DNA of 63,098 nucleotides, the filler included, from Phoronis australis (taxonomy: Eukaryota; Animalia; Phoronida): assembly GCA_002633005.1 (NCBI GenBank). It is 6 parts of 6 records of this genome, joined end to end, with 100 filler letters (N's around TTAATTAATTAA, not from the genome) between each part and the next. Parts side by side here need not be neighbours in the genome. Positions count along the whole stretch, not along the records: positions 36,945 to 53,129 come from NMRA01001514.1; positions 53,230 to 56,794 come from NMRA01002955.1; positions 56,895 to 63,098 come from NMRA01000176.1; 3 more parts are not named here. One strand, written 5' to 3'. A program made the translations under genes and the position numbers. Of this stretch, positions 48,901 through 61,039 are shown one piece after another; the first letter of the stretch is position 1, and every line of letters starts with the position of its first letter. The notes under the pieces were generated by a model, which searched no databases, was not told the DNA's origin, and saw only the letters and a list, made by a program, of their open reading frames with translations.

Positions 48901-51346
48901 CATGCATCCCCGCTAGTCGTTAGCTCTACATGTTGATATAAGTTTTACGACGAGGTGGCGAGTTGCGCTACCTGGGTTGTGTGGAGCTTCGGTGTCTAAC
49001 GAAGCTCAACATACAGCTACCTATAGCTGTAAGTTGACGGTAGTTTTTATACATACATTTATTATGTGACTTTTGTAAATACATTACATACTTTGTGCCC
49101 AATCGCTTCCTTAGTTTTCACTTTAAAGAATAGCTGATTACTGCAAGGCCAAATGTTCTGGAAAGAAAAAGTAATTTTACTGCTTCGGGAAAGAATCCCG
49201 CAGCCACACACCCTGGCAGAAATTCTTTTTAAAGCTCTAAAATAAAACGGCCGCTTCAAGAAATATTCCTGTCTCTTGCGATGAACACTTATGTTCATGA
49301 AAGTGTATTTCCCATACTAGCTGCGGGTTTAAACGGCATTCCTTTAAACATGACCGCCATTGTCGGCTTCGTTATGGCACGGTTGAAAAGCTGGAAGCGG
49401 CTAGTTAACTGAGCCGACGTAGCAGGGCTGGCTCGTATATGCGCCGATGTCTGCACTAAAGGATCCGACGTTAGGCCTACTGCGCCAGAAGAGGCAGTTG
49501 CAGGTCCGTAAAGTAAATGTTTACTGGGTCCATGGCTGATAGCCGTGCCCACCAAGTACCCTGATTTATGTTGTTGTCGACAGTTGGTATAAAATATAAA
49601 CAAATCATTCTTCATGAGATATTTCGTGACATAGTTGACAAAACAAAACTGGATTTTCTCGGGTCTGGTTGTGATTTTGAAAACGATTTCAAGGCCATCA
49701 AAATCAGCTGGAGCCTGGAGTTGTATCACTTTGTGCAACATATTAACAAAATCGAATGCTTCGTCCTTGAGGCATGCCATCAACACATAGGCGGATTTAG
49801 GGGGGAGCCCAGGGGGCCCGGGCCCCCCCCTTGGCTGCCCCCCAAAAATAAAACAGTAAGAGCGTAGGGAAATGTTGAGTTTATTAATTAACCCTGGTAA
49901 TTAAAATTATACGGATGAAAAAAGATTTAAATGTGTGCAGTTTTAGTGTTGGGGGGGGGGGGNNNNNNNNNNNNNNNNNNNNNNNNNNNNNNNNNNNNNN
50001 NNNNNNNNNNNNNNNNNNNNNNNNNNNNNNNNNNNNNNNNNNNNNNNNNNNNNNNNNNNNNNNNNNNNNNNNNNNNNNNNNNNNNNNNNNNNNNNNNNNN
50101 NNNNNNNNNNNNNNNNNNNNNNNNNNNNNNNNNNNNNNNNNNNNNNNNNNNNNNNNNNNNNNNNNNNNNNNNNNNNCCTTAGTGAATCACTCAGAAACTC
50201 GCAATACTCTCTTTGTCAAACTTTATGTTAAGACGATTTCCAAAGCAATCCCGTCATTATTGCCAACACGAAAAACGGATTTGATCTTTTGGGCATTTGA
50301 AGACTATTTTAAACTATGCGACAAATTTGTTAAGAATCGATGGCACAAAACGTGTAATAAGCATTACAAAAAGAAGCAAACGCTGTGGACCATAAACAAG
50401 TAGGTCTCTCAGTATGAGATTAGTAGTTAAATCGTGGTGGTGTAGTGGTAACGCACGCGCGCACTACGCGTAAGGTCGTGAATTCCAGTCTTTGGTACTT
50501 GCAGTTTTTCCTGTTTGACACGTTCTCCTTTTTTGCCTTTTTTTCTTGGATAATACATCAGGAATCAAGGAAAATGCTTGATTTTTAGAGGTAAAAACAG
50601 AAAAATTTCCTGGGCGGGAGGGGGGTGCTATGCGCGTCTACAATCGTGGTTCAGTTTGCGCAAATGTTTACAGCCGGACAAAATGTTAGGCTCCCCCCTT
50701 GTGATATCCTAGATCCGCCACTGCAACAACATTATGTGACGCTTTGATGTACGGACGGATAGTCGTGAATAAGTACTATGTCCCTCGGTTCGCGCTTACG
50801 CATTCTCTGAAAAAAGTCCTTTCAAGTGTAAGCACGCGAATCGTTCCGTGACTGGATGCAGATAATCCCAAATTCATAGGCAATACCACTATTGGGTGAA
50901 GCGTCCACTCATAAGCTGGAACATTGTGTTAGATGAACATTTGTTGGAAGCTGCTTTGGAGCAACCGCACGACTGCACGACCGTCTTATAACGTTGGACT
51001 TTGCCAACTCAAGGCAAAACTTTACAATTCAACTTCAGTGAAAAGAACTCAGAAAACTTATGTAAAAAATCAGCAAAGAGACCAGTTTTGGAAAGTTTCT
51101 AACCTTTCAGATTTAAACTCTTTGTAATAACTGCAGTCGGAAAATGAAACGGGTTATGAAAACACACCCTTCTAAGGAGCATATTCGCAGAATACCTATA
51201 AAACAACTCCAAACGTCTGTTAAGATAGGACTACTTGTATAACTTAAACTTGACACTCACCTGGTTCGTAGGCTCCTCTTATAACGCTAACAGCATTGTA
51301 CGTTGTCTTCACTTCCTCCTTGTTGTAAACAGCCACTTTAACACTT
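36945..51346 (-). CDS. FOLH1: Peptidase M28B (glutamate carboxypeptidase II / NAALADase-like), C-terminal half; spliced and incomplete at both ends
   Basis: Phase-consistent exons 51346-51261, 47743-47624, 47107-47025, 41994-41863, 40161-40082, 39163-39073, 38770-38515, 38336-38240, 38099-38007, 36974-gap. Motifs [73 protein letters not shown]. The symbol denotes the family (FOLH1/NAALAD2/NAALADL1-like). Confidence 0.92.
38007..38099 (-). CDS. M28B exon: [30 protein letters not shown]
   Basis: 93 nt, phase 2-2; TfR-dimerisation-domain signature. Confidence 0.92.
38240..38336 (-). CDS. M28B exon: [32 protein letters not shown] (helical dimerisation domain)
   Basis: gtcatttcag| ... GA|gtaagt; 97 nt, phase 1-2. 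Confidence 0.85.
38515..38770 (-). CDS. M28B exon: [32 protein letters not shown]...RGLTT (Zn ligand His)
   Basis: 256 nt, phase 0-1; overlaps ORF 38462-38713. Confidence 0.93.
39073..39163 (-). CDS. M28B exon: [30 protein letters not shown]
   Basis: 91 nt, phase 2-0. Confidence 0.92.
39262..39450 (-). mobile_element. Probable 3' end of a non-LTR retrotransposon (L2/CR1-type)
   Basis: On the minus strand, a stem-loop-forming segment (39338-39377) is followed by AATAAA and a (CTA)n tail. Confidence 0.4.
40082..40161 (-). CDS. M28B exon: [26 protein letters not shown]
   Basis: cctttcag| ... AG|gtaact; 80 nt, phase 0-2; LYE.W motif. Confidence 0.88.
41863..41994 (-). CDS. M28B exon: [44 protein letters not shown]
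   Basis: 132 nt, phase 0-0; Zn-ligand Asp in YINLD. Confidence 0.92.
43385..45009. mobile_element. Degenerate PIF/Harbinger-type DNA transposon
   Basis: TIR cagccgatttcataaaggtggtttaa / ttaaaccaccttactgaaatcggctg. The minus strand at ~44210-44365 reads [12 protein letters not shown]...[30 protein letters not shown] (Myb/SANT-like). The plus strand at ~43690-43750 reads [14 protein letters not shown] (transposase N-terminus-like). Further end copies lie at 54675-54884 (-) and 63068-63079. Confidence 0.75.
45733..45801. mobile_element. 69-bp MITE (catgggcggcgca TIR family)
   Basis: Inverted, same-length relative of 48621-48689. Confidence 0.7.
47025..47107 (-). CDS. M28B exon: [28 protein letters not shown] (catalytic and Zn-ligand EE)
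   Basis: 83 nt, phase 1-0; lies inside ORF 46872-47207. Confidence 0.95.
47624..47743 (-). CDS. M28B exon: [40 protein letters not shown] (Zn ligands His, Asp)
   Basis: 120 nt, phase 1-1, AG/GT bounded. Confidence 0.95.
48621..48689. mobile_element. 69-bp MITE (catgggcggcgca TIR family)
   Basis: Terminal inverted repeats catgggcagcaca ... tgcgccgcccatg. Confidence 0.75.
49786..50723. mobile_element. hAT-type non-autonomous element spanning the N gap
   Basis: TIR cataggcggatttagg / cctagatccgccactg; 8-bp TSD catcaaca/caacaaca (7/8). A related truncated copy ending cctagatctgccactg lies at ~43905-44102. Confidence 0.75.
50436..50495 (+). pseudogene. tRNA-like remnant inside the hAT element
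   Basis: GGTGGTGTAGTGGTAA A box, gcgcg/cgcgt anticodon-like stem, decayed B box GAATTCCAGTC. Confidence 0.4.
51261..51346 (-). CDS. M28B exon: [28 protein letters not shown]
   Basis: tttgacttcag| ... CAG|gtgagt; 86 nt, phase 2-1. Confidence 0.9.
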
Positions 51347-54300
51347 CTGAAGTCAAATGACAGTAAACGCTGAGAGGCCAAGGTTATGTCACAAATATAG
51401 CCTGAAGGATGATTTTAAGGTACCTCGGTTACCAGGGAGTGAATTTCCTATAACTTTTAAAGTGGTAACAGCAGATCCATAAAATCCTCGATCATCGCAA
51501 CATCTTACTTTGTCCACAAACACGAAATCTTTCACACGAAACTAGAAAAATTTTATTTCCTTGACCCATTAGCTACACATGATGGCCCAAAGATGACATC
51601 GCGCGTTTCTTTTTTAATCATCTCAGGATTTCGACATCCCGACTTAATTATGTCGAGATCCCGACTTAATTATCTCGAGATAGATTAAAGATCACCTATT
51701 TACAACGAATTTCTCTTTACTTACCAAATACATGACTTGTGGTAGGATATATACAAAATAAATATAATACTACTGCTCTGACTGTATCTCGGTTAAGAAT
51801 TCAACATTGACAGCTAACCCCCCCCCCCCNCCGTTAACGTTCAGCTAACCCACCATTCCTTTAACAATCAGTATTTGTGTTACTTTTTGATATTGGGCAA
51901 CCGCAAGTGAACTCAATAGATTCCCAATGGTCGAGGCCTTGATACGGTTACATCTGACATACCCTTGCCTGCATTAAAATTGGTTCTTTCCTTGGCATTG
52001 TGGGGAGATGGATGGCACTCAACCATTTTTTAACCAACACGGTTGTTAGACGTCAGTAGGCTGACCACCTTTTAGGGAGTCAGTAAGTTAAAAACACTGT
52101 TTTGGAGAGGGAGCACTAGCAAAAGTGAGCGTCTATGAAAATGTCACCGTTTCGCAGAGATTTATTCCATAACATATACTTTTCATGGATTTTAGCCACT
52201 AAAATTGTTTTATGGAATTAATCACACACCCTTGGAGTGTTCACTGAGGGCCAGTTTGCTCTAACACACCTGAATAATATTTCGGTGGTAAAGATGGAAC
52301 CTTTCGTAGAGTTAGTGGCCTGGAAGAAAAAGAACATATCCAATCTTGCCGTGAAAACCCACTCATCAGCATGGCACGCCTCTTTTATTACTTGAGTTTT
52401 CCCTTGGATTTGCAAAAAACTTAGGTGGTTAAACACTATAGCACAACCTAGCAGCAATTTCTTGGACAGTTAGGAAAATTCGTAATTAGTTTTAGTCTCT
52501 CCAGTATTTAAAGAAACCTACATGTATGCATATTATATAAATACCTGAATAATGGATTTCCGTCCCGGGAACTGCTCATCGCATGATCTAGGTTTGAGCT
52601 ACTTGTACGTCTACCGAGGCGTTTAATAGTGACAGAGGTCGTCCGAACTTATCGAGCGCCCCAACTTCAGTAGCGTCGCTGGCGTGTATTATCTTATTGA
52701 CATTCAGTCACAGATATCTCCACATGTAATCACATTCGGCATTTTCGGACGAAAAAATAATTATTTCGTGATATCGGGCACCAAAACAAGAGGCAAGTAA
52801 CCATGTCAGCTATTGATAACTGTTCTTCCTTTCTTCTGCTTCTTAAATTGCCTCTTTGCAGAACTATTTTTGAGTGGACTCACAAACGTCGATTTCAACA
52901 TCTTGTTTAGTGACACTTCTTTCAAAACATGTTTCCTTCCATGAAACTTACATTAATTGGCCTTGGTAAATTGCCGCCAACTTGAAATATTTCGTGCATA
53001 ACACCTCTGCCCCGTGTTTTGAAAGTCCTTATCTCAAAGGGCAATCTAGTTCAAAAACTTAAGAGCACGTCCACGAATGGACCAGGCAAAAAGTGATAAA
53101 GGCTATGTCACGGATTTCCTCGATTGTTTNNNNNNNNNNNNNNNNNNNNNNNNNNNNNNNNNNNNNNNNNNNNTTAATTAATTAANNNNNNNNNNNNNNN
53201 NNNNNNNNNNNNNNNNNNNNNNNNNNNNNCTAACTAAGTCGGGAATAGCGCCGGGCGAGTTGCCATGTAGACGTTTATTATTCTGCGTTCTGTTTCAAAA
53301 TGAATGATTATTCTCATCCTAACCAATACTTATATAAAACTGAAACAATAAAGTATGTCTCATTAGATACAATTTGTAATGCCTTTGCAGTATTTGTGAG
53401 TGCAAATGTTGAGAAGCCAGTAATTTATGAATAAACCACTGCGTTACCGGCTTTTGGTGTCGGCAATAAAGGTAATTGACCGGGCACCGAGGCCATGTGA
53501 GCGCATGCTAATTCAGTGTTTGCTGACAGAAAGCTGTTGTGAAACAATTACTCGATCTTATATCTATGGTCACAAGTTAAGGGAATCTTTATTCAGAAAT
53601 AAAAATACATTATTCAAATCATTGTTACTGTACAACCTTTGCCCTGACGGTCTGTGGAAGGGGAACCGGACTTCGCAGCCCCCGACAAATTAGTAAGTAT
53701 ATTTTCAGTTTCGTGGCTAATTCCCATTATTTCTTTAGATCACTATTATAGTCTTTTCCTGACTGGAGGTTTAGTTTCCAACTCAAGCTGGTTTATGTAC
53801 GTGCCAGTCCCGGTGGCCTCGACGGGCCTGATCGGGTTCCGAGCCACTGGCCGGGATAACGAGTCAGTCCGGCCACGACGGGTCTGATCGGTTTCCCAGT
53901 CGTGGTCGGGATAACAAGCGTTTTGTGTGTTTAGAACTCAAAAAATCATAAGTCTAAACAACACAGTTCTAGATCCTCCTGTCTGTATTTCACGGAAGAA
54001 TACTTCGAATTTGTCTCCGAACAGACCCCAAACTCCTATTATGGACCTTGGTAAATTGGCCTGCCGAACTTTGTAGGCTACGGTCCAAATACCAATAACT
54101 CCGCAACAGCGAAATAAAACAACACGTTTTTATAAGAACTCGGTGTGTTTTAAGGGTTTTACATCGAAGCTCGATTATTTATTGGTGTTAAACTATAAAT
54201 TCAAGCGATAACCAGACACCAGTAACCCTTGTTGCGAACTGCTGAGCAGACTGCGTGTGAAACCGATGACGTCATTGGGTAATTTCAACACCTCCGTCTG

Positions 54301-54382
54301 CCGTCACTGAGGTAACGCAACCGAACGTGTTGTTATCGACTAGAACTACTCGATCTAAATTGATACAAAATGGGTTGCTTTT

Positions 54383-54675
54383 TGTTATGTTCGTGGTTTT
54401 CATTAAACTTGCATAGTCCAAAACATAACCTTATATGGCACTGGTAGCTAGAATCATAGATTGTGTAAGTTGTGCAAAACAATTCTCTGAAATCTGACTA
54501 TGACTCATGAGCATATGATCTTTAGTTCTGACAAATAAGTTTTCAGTTGAGAGTTAGACAGCATAATGAATAGATGTATCTTGTAGATCTCTAGAATAAA
54601 CCCACGTAAAACCGTAACACAGAGTTGTGTTTGAAAGAGGTTTTCATGCACTTTTTGGGTGGCATACTCCTTTAA
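54383..54675 (-). mobile_element. Interspersed repeat ending at TTAA-AGG (Kolobok-like end); second copy at 61529-61782 (+)
   Basis: The reverse complement matches 61529-61782 (tgaaaacctctttcaaaca.aactctgtgttacggttttacgtggg...). The terminus reads ttaaaggagtatgccaccc on the minus strand. Confidence 0.6.
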
Positions 54676-55404
54676 GATTTTAATACAGGTCTAAAGAATA
54701 CTAGACCTCGTTGGTGAAATGAAAACTGACTTAGACCAGGTCCAAACAGGAGATAAATCAGGTTTTACTAGACCACTGGTCTAAAAGTTAAACCACCTTT
54801 ATGAAATGCAGATTATCTTTAAACCTGGTCTAAGTCCAGTTTAAACCAGGTTTAACTTTAAACCACCTTTATGAAATCGGCTGTTAGTGTGTATATACGA
54901 AACACAGAATCACTTTAATGCCGTTATCAGCTGCCAAAATTTCAGTTAAAGTGATGGAAAAAATGTAACTCTAGATTTATTATGTTTATATAAAGCCTAC
55001 AAACGTATTGGAAATCTAGTTGAGTCCTTATTGGAACGGCACGAATTTAATTAATATTTGCGCCTGTCGGTGCTGCCGAATTCTAACGTCTTGTGTCTCT
55101 GTTGCGGTTATTGGGACTGTTTCATGCANACCAACCACAGGTGTCACTTCGGATCCACTTGACGAAATCTCGCGGCAGGTAGCGCTACACCATGAACATT
55201 AAACATGGATTTCTCTCGGGACGCAGAATCGATTCTTTGATTATTTTACCCGTAAGTTGTCACATTACAAACACTGGCATCGAACATAAAGCACTAATAT
55301 TCATGTTTTGCATGCCCTCTCGGATTGTGAGTGAGAAACTTCGTCTGCATAGTCATCAGTTATGCACTATTATAGCGCCAGTGTCAGTGTGGTCTCTGCC
55401 CTGG

Positions 55405-55463
55405 CTAGGCAATGACCATCGCCTCTGTTGCGTTGGCCAACAGAGGCGATGGTCATTGCCTAG
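55405..55463. repeat. Perfect inverted repeat, 26-bp arms and 7-nt loop
   Basis: ctaggcaatgaccatcgcctctgttg-cgttggc-caacagaggcgatggtcattgcctag. Confidence 0.95.
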
Positions 55464-55877
55464 TCTCTGGCCTGCTGAGGCCCTCAGTTTCACCCACTAA
55501 TTAATGGAGCTGCAACATCAGCTGTAGACAATGTTGTTGCAGCCCAAACTGATGCCTGTGTCAAACTGATTTGAGGCACTGCAATTTGGCGCATGTTCTT
55601 GAGCCAAACTGATGCCTGGGCCAAACTAAAGCTACCGTAAAGGTGCAACTTCGTAAGTTCCCACATTGCTGCCAATGGTTTATATGTTTTTTATGGTTAT
55701 CAGAACTGAAATTGATGACAATGAATGCTGGGTGATGCATAACAGTTTTGTAGGACACTTAATCTAAACTAGTATGACCTGCATGCGTGAGCCCTCATTG
55801 TGGTTAATTTTGGGTTCTGATAACTATAAAAAAGCACATAAACAAACCACTTGCCGTAGTCTGGAAACTTTCTGGTC

Positions 55878-56657
55878 AGATCCTCCACCCCATATGCAAT
55901 TCCTCCGTCGTTCGGCCAGGCATTCAGAAGGTCTACAGTCATGATGTGCATCAACAACTGGAAATTCTCTTCCAGTCTCTGTTAAGGAAAGCAACTCTTT
56001 TACGAGTATAAAAAATAATTTTAGAACTGTTTTTCAAAATTTCGATAACTCAACACCCTTGACTCAATTTTCCCTTACCCGCGATAACGAAATAGCATTG
56101 TACAGATCAAGATGTGGCCTTTTCCTCAACTCTGACAAGTTCAGGCACAACTTTAGTAATGTCTCTCCAAACTGTAAATGTGGTGACCATCAATCTTATC
56201 CTCATATTTTCTTCAAATGTCCCCTCATCGAATACCTGAGAGACTCACTCTTTCGTGCACTCAATGAAAACCAATCAATTGTTAACGCTCTCAATTCTTG
56301 TAATGATATCCCTACTAGAGTTACATTATTATTGAATGGTGGACCTAACCTTGACCTCGTTCTCAATGAATTCCTTCTAAGCAACGTTAGTAATTTTTAG
56401 TACCGTTTATCAATATTGTTGCATCTGATTTCAATACATGAATCTGTACATATTTTTGTTTTTATATATTTGTAATAGCATGTTTAAGTATTGGAATACT
56501 TATATTAGATACTACTTAATTGTATATACCGGTATGCATATTAGTTTCATTTATGAATGGTTTACAACCCAGATATAATGTTTCGCGGTTTCTGGGTTTG
56601 TTATTATTTTTTTGTTTGTTCTGTGTATTCTTCAATAAATATATATCACTTTAAAAA
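55878..56657 (+). mobile_element. 5'-truncated LINE (CR1/L2 group): ORF2 C-terminus plus 3' UTR
   Basis: LNSDKFRHN..SPNCKCG...HIFFKCP Cys/His knuckle; ends with aataaa and an A-rich tail; near-identical to 61902-62669. Confidence 0.8.
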
Positions 56658-58779
56658 CTACCGACGACCTTATGTTTACATACAACAATTAGCCAATGTT
56701 TAGCAACCTCAGACAAAGGGAGCATTTGCAACAGACACAACTGATCAGTGAAAATCCTCAGTCTTGATACCTTAAGTGCACCAGATTGTTTTTCNNNNNN
56801 NNNNNNNNNNNNNNNNNNNNNNNNNNNNNNNNNNNNNNTTAATTAATTAANNNNNNNNNNNNNNNNNNNNNNNNNNNNNNNNNNNNNNNNNNNNTTTTGG
56901 CTGAGATTACATGATAAGGTCTATATTTTTTCTAATTTTTATTACTTTTATTTGTTTATGTTGTTGTGCATACTAATAAGTCTGAAATGTAGCATTCAAC
57001 TGCAGGTTGCTATTGAAATTTTAAAGACACTGTCGGCACTTTTCGTCGGCCATTTTCCTTGACTTTTGAAAGCTCTAAATTTTCGCTTTCCCCGAATAGA
57101 ATTGGCAATAACTCGGTCATTTGTGAAGATAAGGACATGTTTCGTACCTGAAAATGATCAGAAAACACTGCGTTTTCAGAAAAAAATAACAATTAAAAAA
57201 TGGCAAATCCCGACTTAAGACTCATTTTGTGGTGGTGGGTCACATTTAAGACCTCAGACAGAAATATGGTCTTACATGTACGCGCCCACATCACACTGCT
57301 GAGGCAGGTAATTATGAGCGTATTATAGACTGGAAATAATTTACAGAAATTATCTCAATAAGTAACAGTTATGTTTATATTCTCAGCGACTTTGTATACT
57401 AGCTTAGGTGACATTTATGCGGAGCGTAAGTAGACCAAATTCCTGTCTTCGTAATTAAGTCTCAAGTCTCTGGTCTTATGCAGTGCATTCAATAAAGGTA
57501 GACAAATTTTTGTTAGATCTATTTTTATTTTGTTTAAACATTTGAATGTGTAATCCTGCTGTATGTACATTTTCTCCGCAATCAGCTTGGTTCAACTGCG
57601 GTTTAGTAGTACTTTGATTGAATTTGAGCCTTTCATGACACTAGTAATGATTTTTGCGACCTACTGAAGCAAAAGTCCCGCATCAGCTGCTTGGTAACTC
57701 AGGTGAACACACGAATTCGAGTCCGTTTCAGCTCACCATTAGCTGCATGTCAGAGTCCATTAAGCAAAAGCATCAAGTGATGATTCAAGCCTGCATTTGT
57801 TCCAAAAGGTGATGAAATCTAAAAATGAAAAAAACAACAAACAAACAAATCCAGAGGAGTGAACGTCATTGGCAACGGTAGGTTTCCTCTTTTTCACGGA
57901 ACATTCTGTATTGCTTCAAAGGTTCTAATCAACAGTCAGCATGGCGTAGTGAAGAAGTTGCTTGCTGAATCCATATGTGTCTTGAACTGGTCAGCAAATA
58001 AGATATTAATTTTCAACAAACAATGACTGCCGTACACACATACATGTACATGTACACTATACTACACTATAAATCAGCGTCGGTTATGTGGTTCCTTACG
58101 CTCACCACTTAGTCAGTTTGAAAACTAAAAAACGTAAAGAGGCATATGACCTCATATCCCCTGGCGAGCAAAATGTAAAAATAGCCAGTTACCGAATTTG
58201 GAAACTGAACGAAGAACTGCTCGAAGAAAAAGTTTGATAACGAGAGTATTTGTTCGAGTCGGAAGGAATTAAAGGCATCGATGTCCTCCGAAAAGCTTTT
58301 GGCGTATGAAACTCCTATAGGAGCTCCACCGTCCCTACTGGACCGCTAGAGACGGTGGTCACTGTCTAGACATGGGACGCAATTAACACCCCGCACACCT
58401 ATGTCAAAAGATAAGAAACACTTTACTTATGTCTCCTTTCATACATACTGTATTACATACACAGAATAAAAACAGAATCAATTTCTTTCTAAATACGTTA
58501 GAGACAACTATAAAATTACAAATATATGAACCATAGCTATGAATTATTCTTTTTTCTAAAATCGAAAGGGAGGTCCTGGCAACCAATAACAAATCTCTCA
58601 TGTTATCAGATGACATCAAGGAGAAAAACTTTTCTTCATCTTTTAAAAGATGTAAAATTGAAATTCAACCGATTAAACAAATCTGATCTAAGTTCAAGGT
58701 AAGCTGAGCACTGCATTAAAACATGAACGTTGAGTTCAGCTACGCCACACTGGCATTGGTTACAAAGTCTATCTACCTA

Positions 58780-58916
58780 CATGGGCGGCGCAGCACTGTA
58801 GCCCCCCTCTTTTTAAGTGCTGCAGCCCCCCAGCCCCCCTGTGGTACACCGCCCATAGACCATGGGCACCGGAGCTATAGCCCCCTCCCCCAACCCTCTA
58901 TAGTGGGCCGCCCATG
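58780..58916. mobile_element. Two adjacent MITEs of the catgggcggcgca family
   Basis: catgggcggcgcagcactg...ccgcccata (58780-58857), then catgggc...ccgcccatg (58861-58916). Confidence 0.65.
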
Positions 58917-58974
58917 ACACCTCAAGCCACAATATCTTCCTACAGTAGTCCAACCCCAATGGGACAGTTCCTTA

Positions 58975-59560
58975 CCTGAAAGCAGCCAGCTTCGAGGAAT
59001 GATGCTTATACAATGTGATGGGAAAGTCGGTTCCAAAGGCTACAAATGGGAGAAGAATGGGCATCATGAATTGTACTAATACACAGTCTTTGCAAAGTGA
59101 AGGGGCAGAAACATGAAAAATACGAGTGTGAGGTGGCTGCCAGGTTATGTAATATTTTGTATACGAGGGTGATCTTGCTCTGAGTCTTCCGGTCTTTCAG
59201 AGCTGGCTAGTGTAGGGTTTGTAGCATAGAGGCGACAGGTGAGTAAATGTAGATAAAACGGTTCTATGTGAAAAAACTGGCTTCTCTGCTATGAAATTTT
59301 TCGTATTTGTTGATGTTTGTTTGGGTGGATGGTCCCATACTGAGGGCGAGTACTCCATTTTGGCAAAACGAGTAATGTGTATGCCATTGCGTTGGGGCAT
59401 CATTTAAGTTTCGTTTAATAAAGCCCATGGATTTATTTGCTTTCACATCAATCTTATCTATGTGGTTGTTAAGCGATAGGTTTGAAGAGGGCGTGACGCC
59501 CAAGTATGACTCACGAATGACGAGTATCAATGTTCAAATGGTTGGTTTTTGAGGTGATAC
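58975..59560 (-). mobile_element. Degenerate CR1-type LINE ORF2 fragment
   Basis: YLGVTPSSNLSLNNHIDKIDVKANKSMGFIKRNL, KMEYSPSVWD and LWNRL are post-RT CR1 motifs spread over frameshifted frames. Confidence 0.8.
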
Positions 59561-61039
59561 ATGTATCCTTGTACCCTCTAGTGGCAAATTTAGTTTATTA
59601 CATTTGCAGCTGTATCTTATTCGACGATAAATCAAAACCCCATTTAATTTCTCGCGATCGCAGATCATAACATTCGAATCAGCGCACCTACTGCGGTGAA
59701 ATTGCCAATATTATCGGAAACGGAGAAGGGCCAGAAAATAGTTGATGAAGATTTCCCACGAAGTGGGTTAAATTCAGTTTAAGCAACTTTCATATTTGGC
59801 ACTAAAATAACGTACTTTAAAAAATTCCCGCCACATTTGAAGAGTATAAAATTTTTTCATACATTTTCTGATACGGTTTTTGCTCGTGAGATTCCCCTCA
59901 GTTTTCCTGGGATAACATGGAGGAACCTGGTGCAACATTTCACCCTTGTCCATACTTTTTACAATTGTGATCATTTTACCCATTTTCCACGAAATTCTGT
60001 GATACCCCTTTCAAGAATTTGGATCTCGAAAATAACATTATGGCGTTTTCCCGTTGCTCCCAACCTGTTCGATTCTATAGCCCAACAACAAGTTGGAAAG
60101 ATCACCCCTGTAGCCAATATCTTACACGACTGATTAACTCCATTCTGGCATTTATGGTTGGAGGGCCGGCTCTGTTTTGTTCCATAATTGCTCTAATCTC
60201 CAATCAGATCATATCTAGACTGACTGAGTTGAGTTGCTAAAAATGAAAGTTAAGTTATAACATATTTGAACATATACCCATACATGTAGCATTTCTGAAT
60301 TCCTTGTCAAATGCTGATCATGTTTAGTTTTTGAATCACCAAAATCGCCCATGTCGTGAATAATACGATTACACGAAAGTCACGCATTTCTAAAGATAGG
60401 CGTGACTTTTCACCGGTCGTCCTTCGGAGCGGCTTTTACCGGGATCAAGGAGAGCGCGGCGCCAGAGTCTGACTCAGCTGCCACGACCGCATTGTCCGGG
60501 TCGAGCAAGACCAAATTAAGTGTAATTTCACGACCATAAACTGTAGTAAACACCTGTGCCTGTACATACCGGCGAATTATCAAAATGCATTAACCGACAG
60601 TTTTCGTTGAAACAAATACCACAGCTGTATTCCGATGGAAAAAACAGCCAAGTTTGGTTTTCGATGTTTAAAAATCGATGAACTATTAAGCTAAAAGCTA
60701 GAAACATTGGGTTCGATTGAAGATAAACGTCTGTGCGTATTGATATACTCGGTGATTTACAAACGCTGATCAGTTAACAATATCACATGGATTATTTTTT
60801 TAATATACAACTAAGCTACACTGAAACATCTAATGAACAACACACAGTGACTAAATTAGATATCTAGATTAATTCTTATTGACACAACCAAGCAAAAACG
60901 CTGTACCTTGACAGTTTCGGCTACTCACAGCACGGCCATCTTTGGAAGCTATTGGACACTAGGTGGCGATGTGATCACACTGTTACAAATTTTAGACAAT
61001 TTACACCCCCCACCGTCTCTGCTCATAACTGAGCTACAT

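Noticed and set aside
47857-49867. Long intronic ORFs (145, 163 and 99 aa)
   Set aside because: No recognisable domain or splice consistency; located in a repeat-rich intron of the M28B gene.
49915-50403. 162-aa and 83-aa ORFs
   Set aside because: Open only because they run through the N gap.
17109-56894. Recurrent TTAATTAATTAA palindrome
   Set aside because: Always centred in exactly 100-bp N blocks; an artificial six-frame-stop linker.
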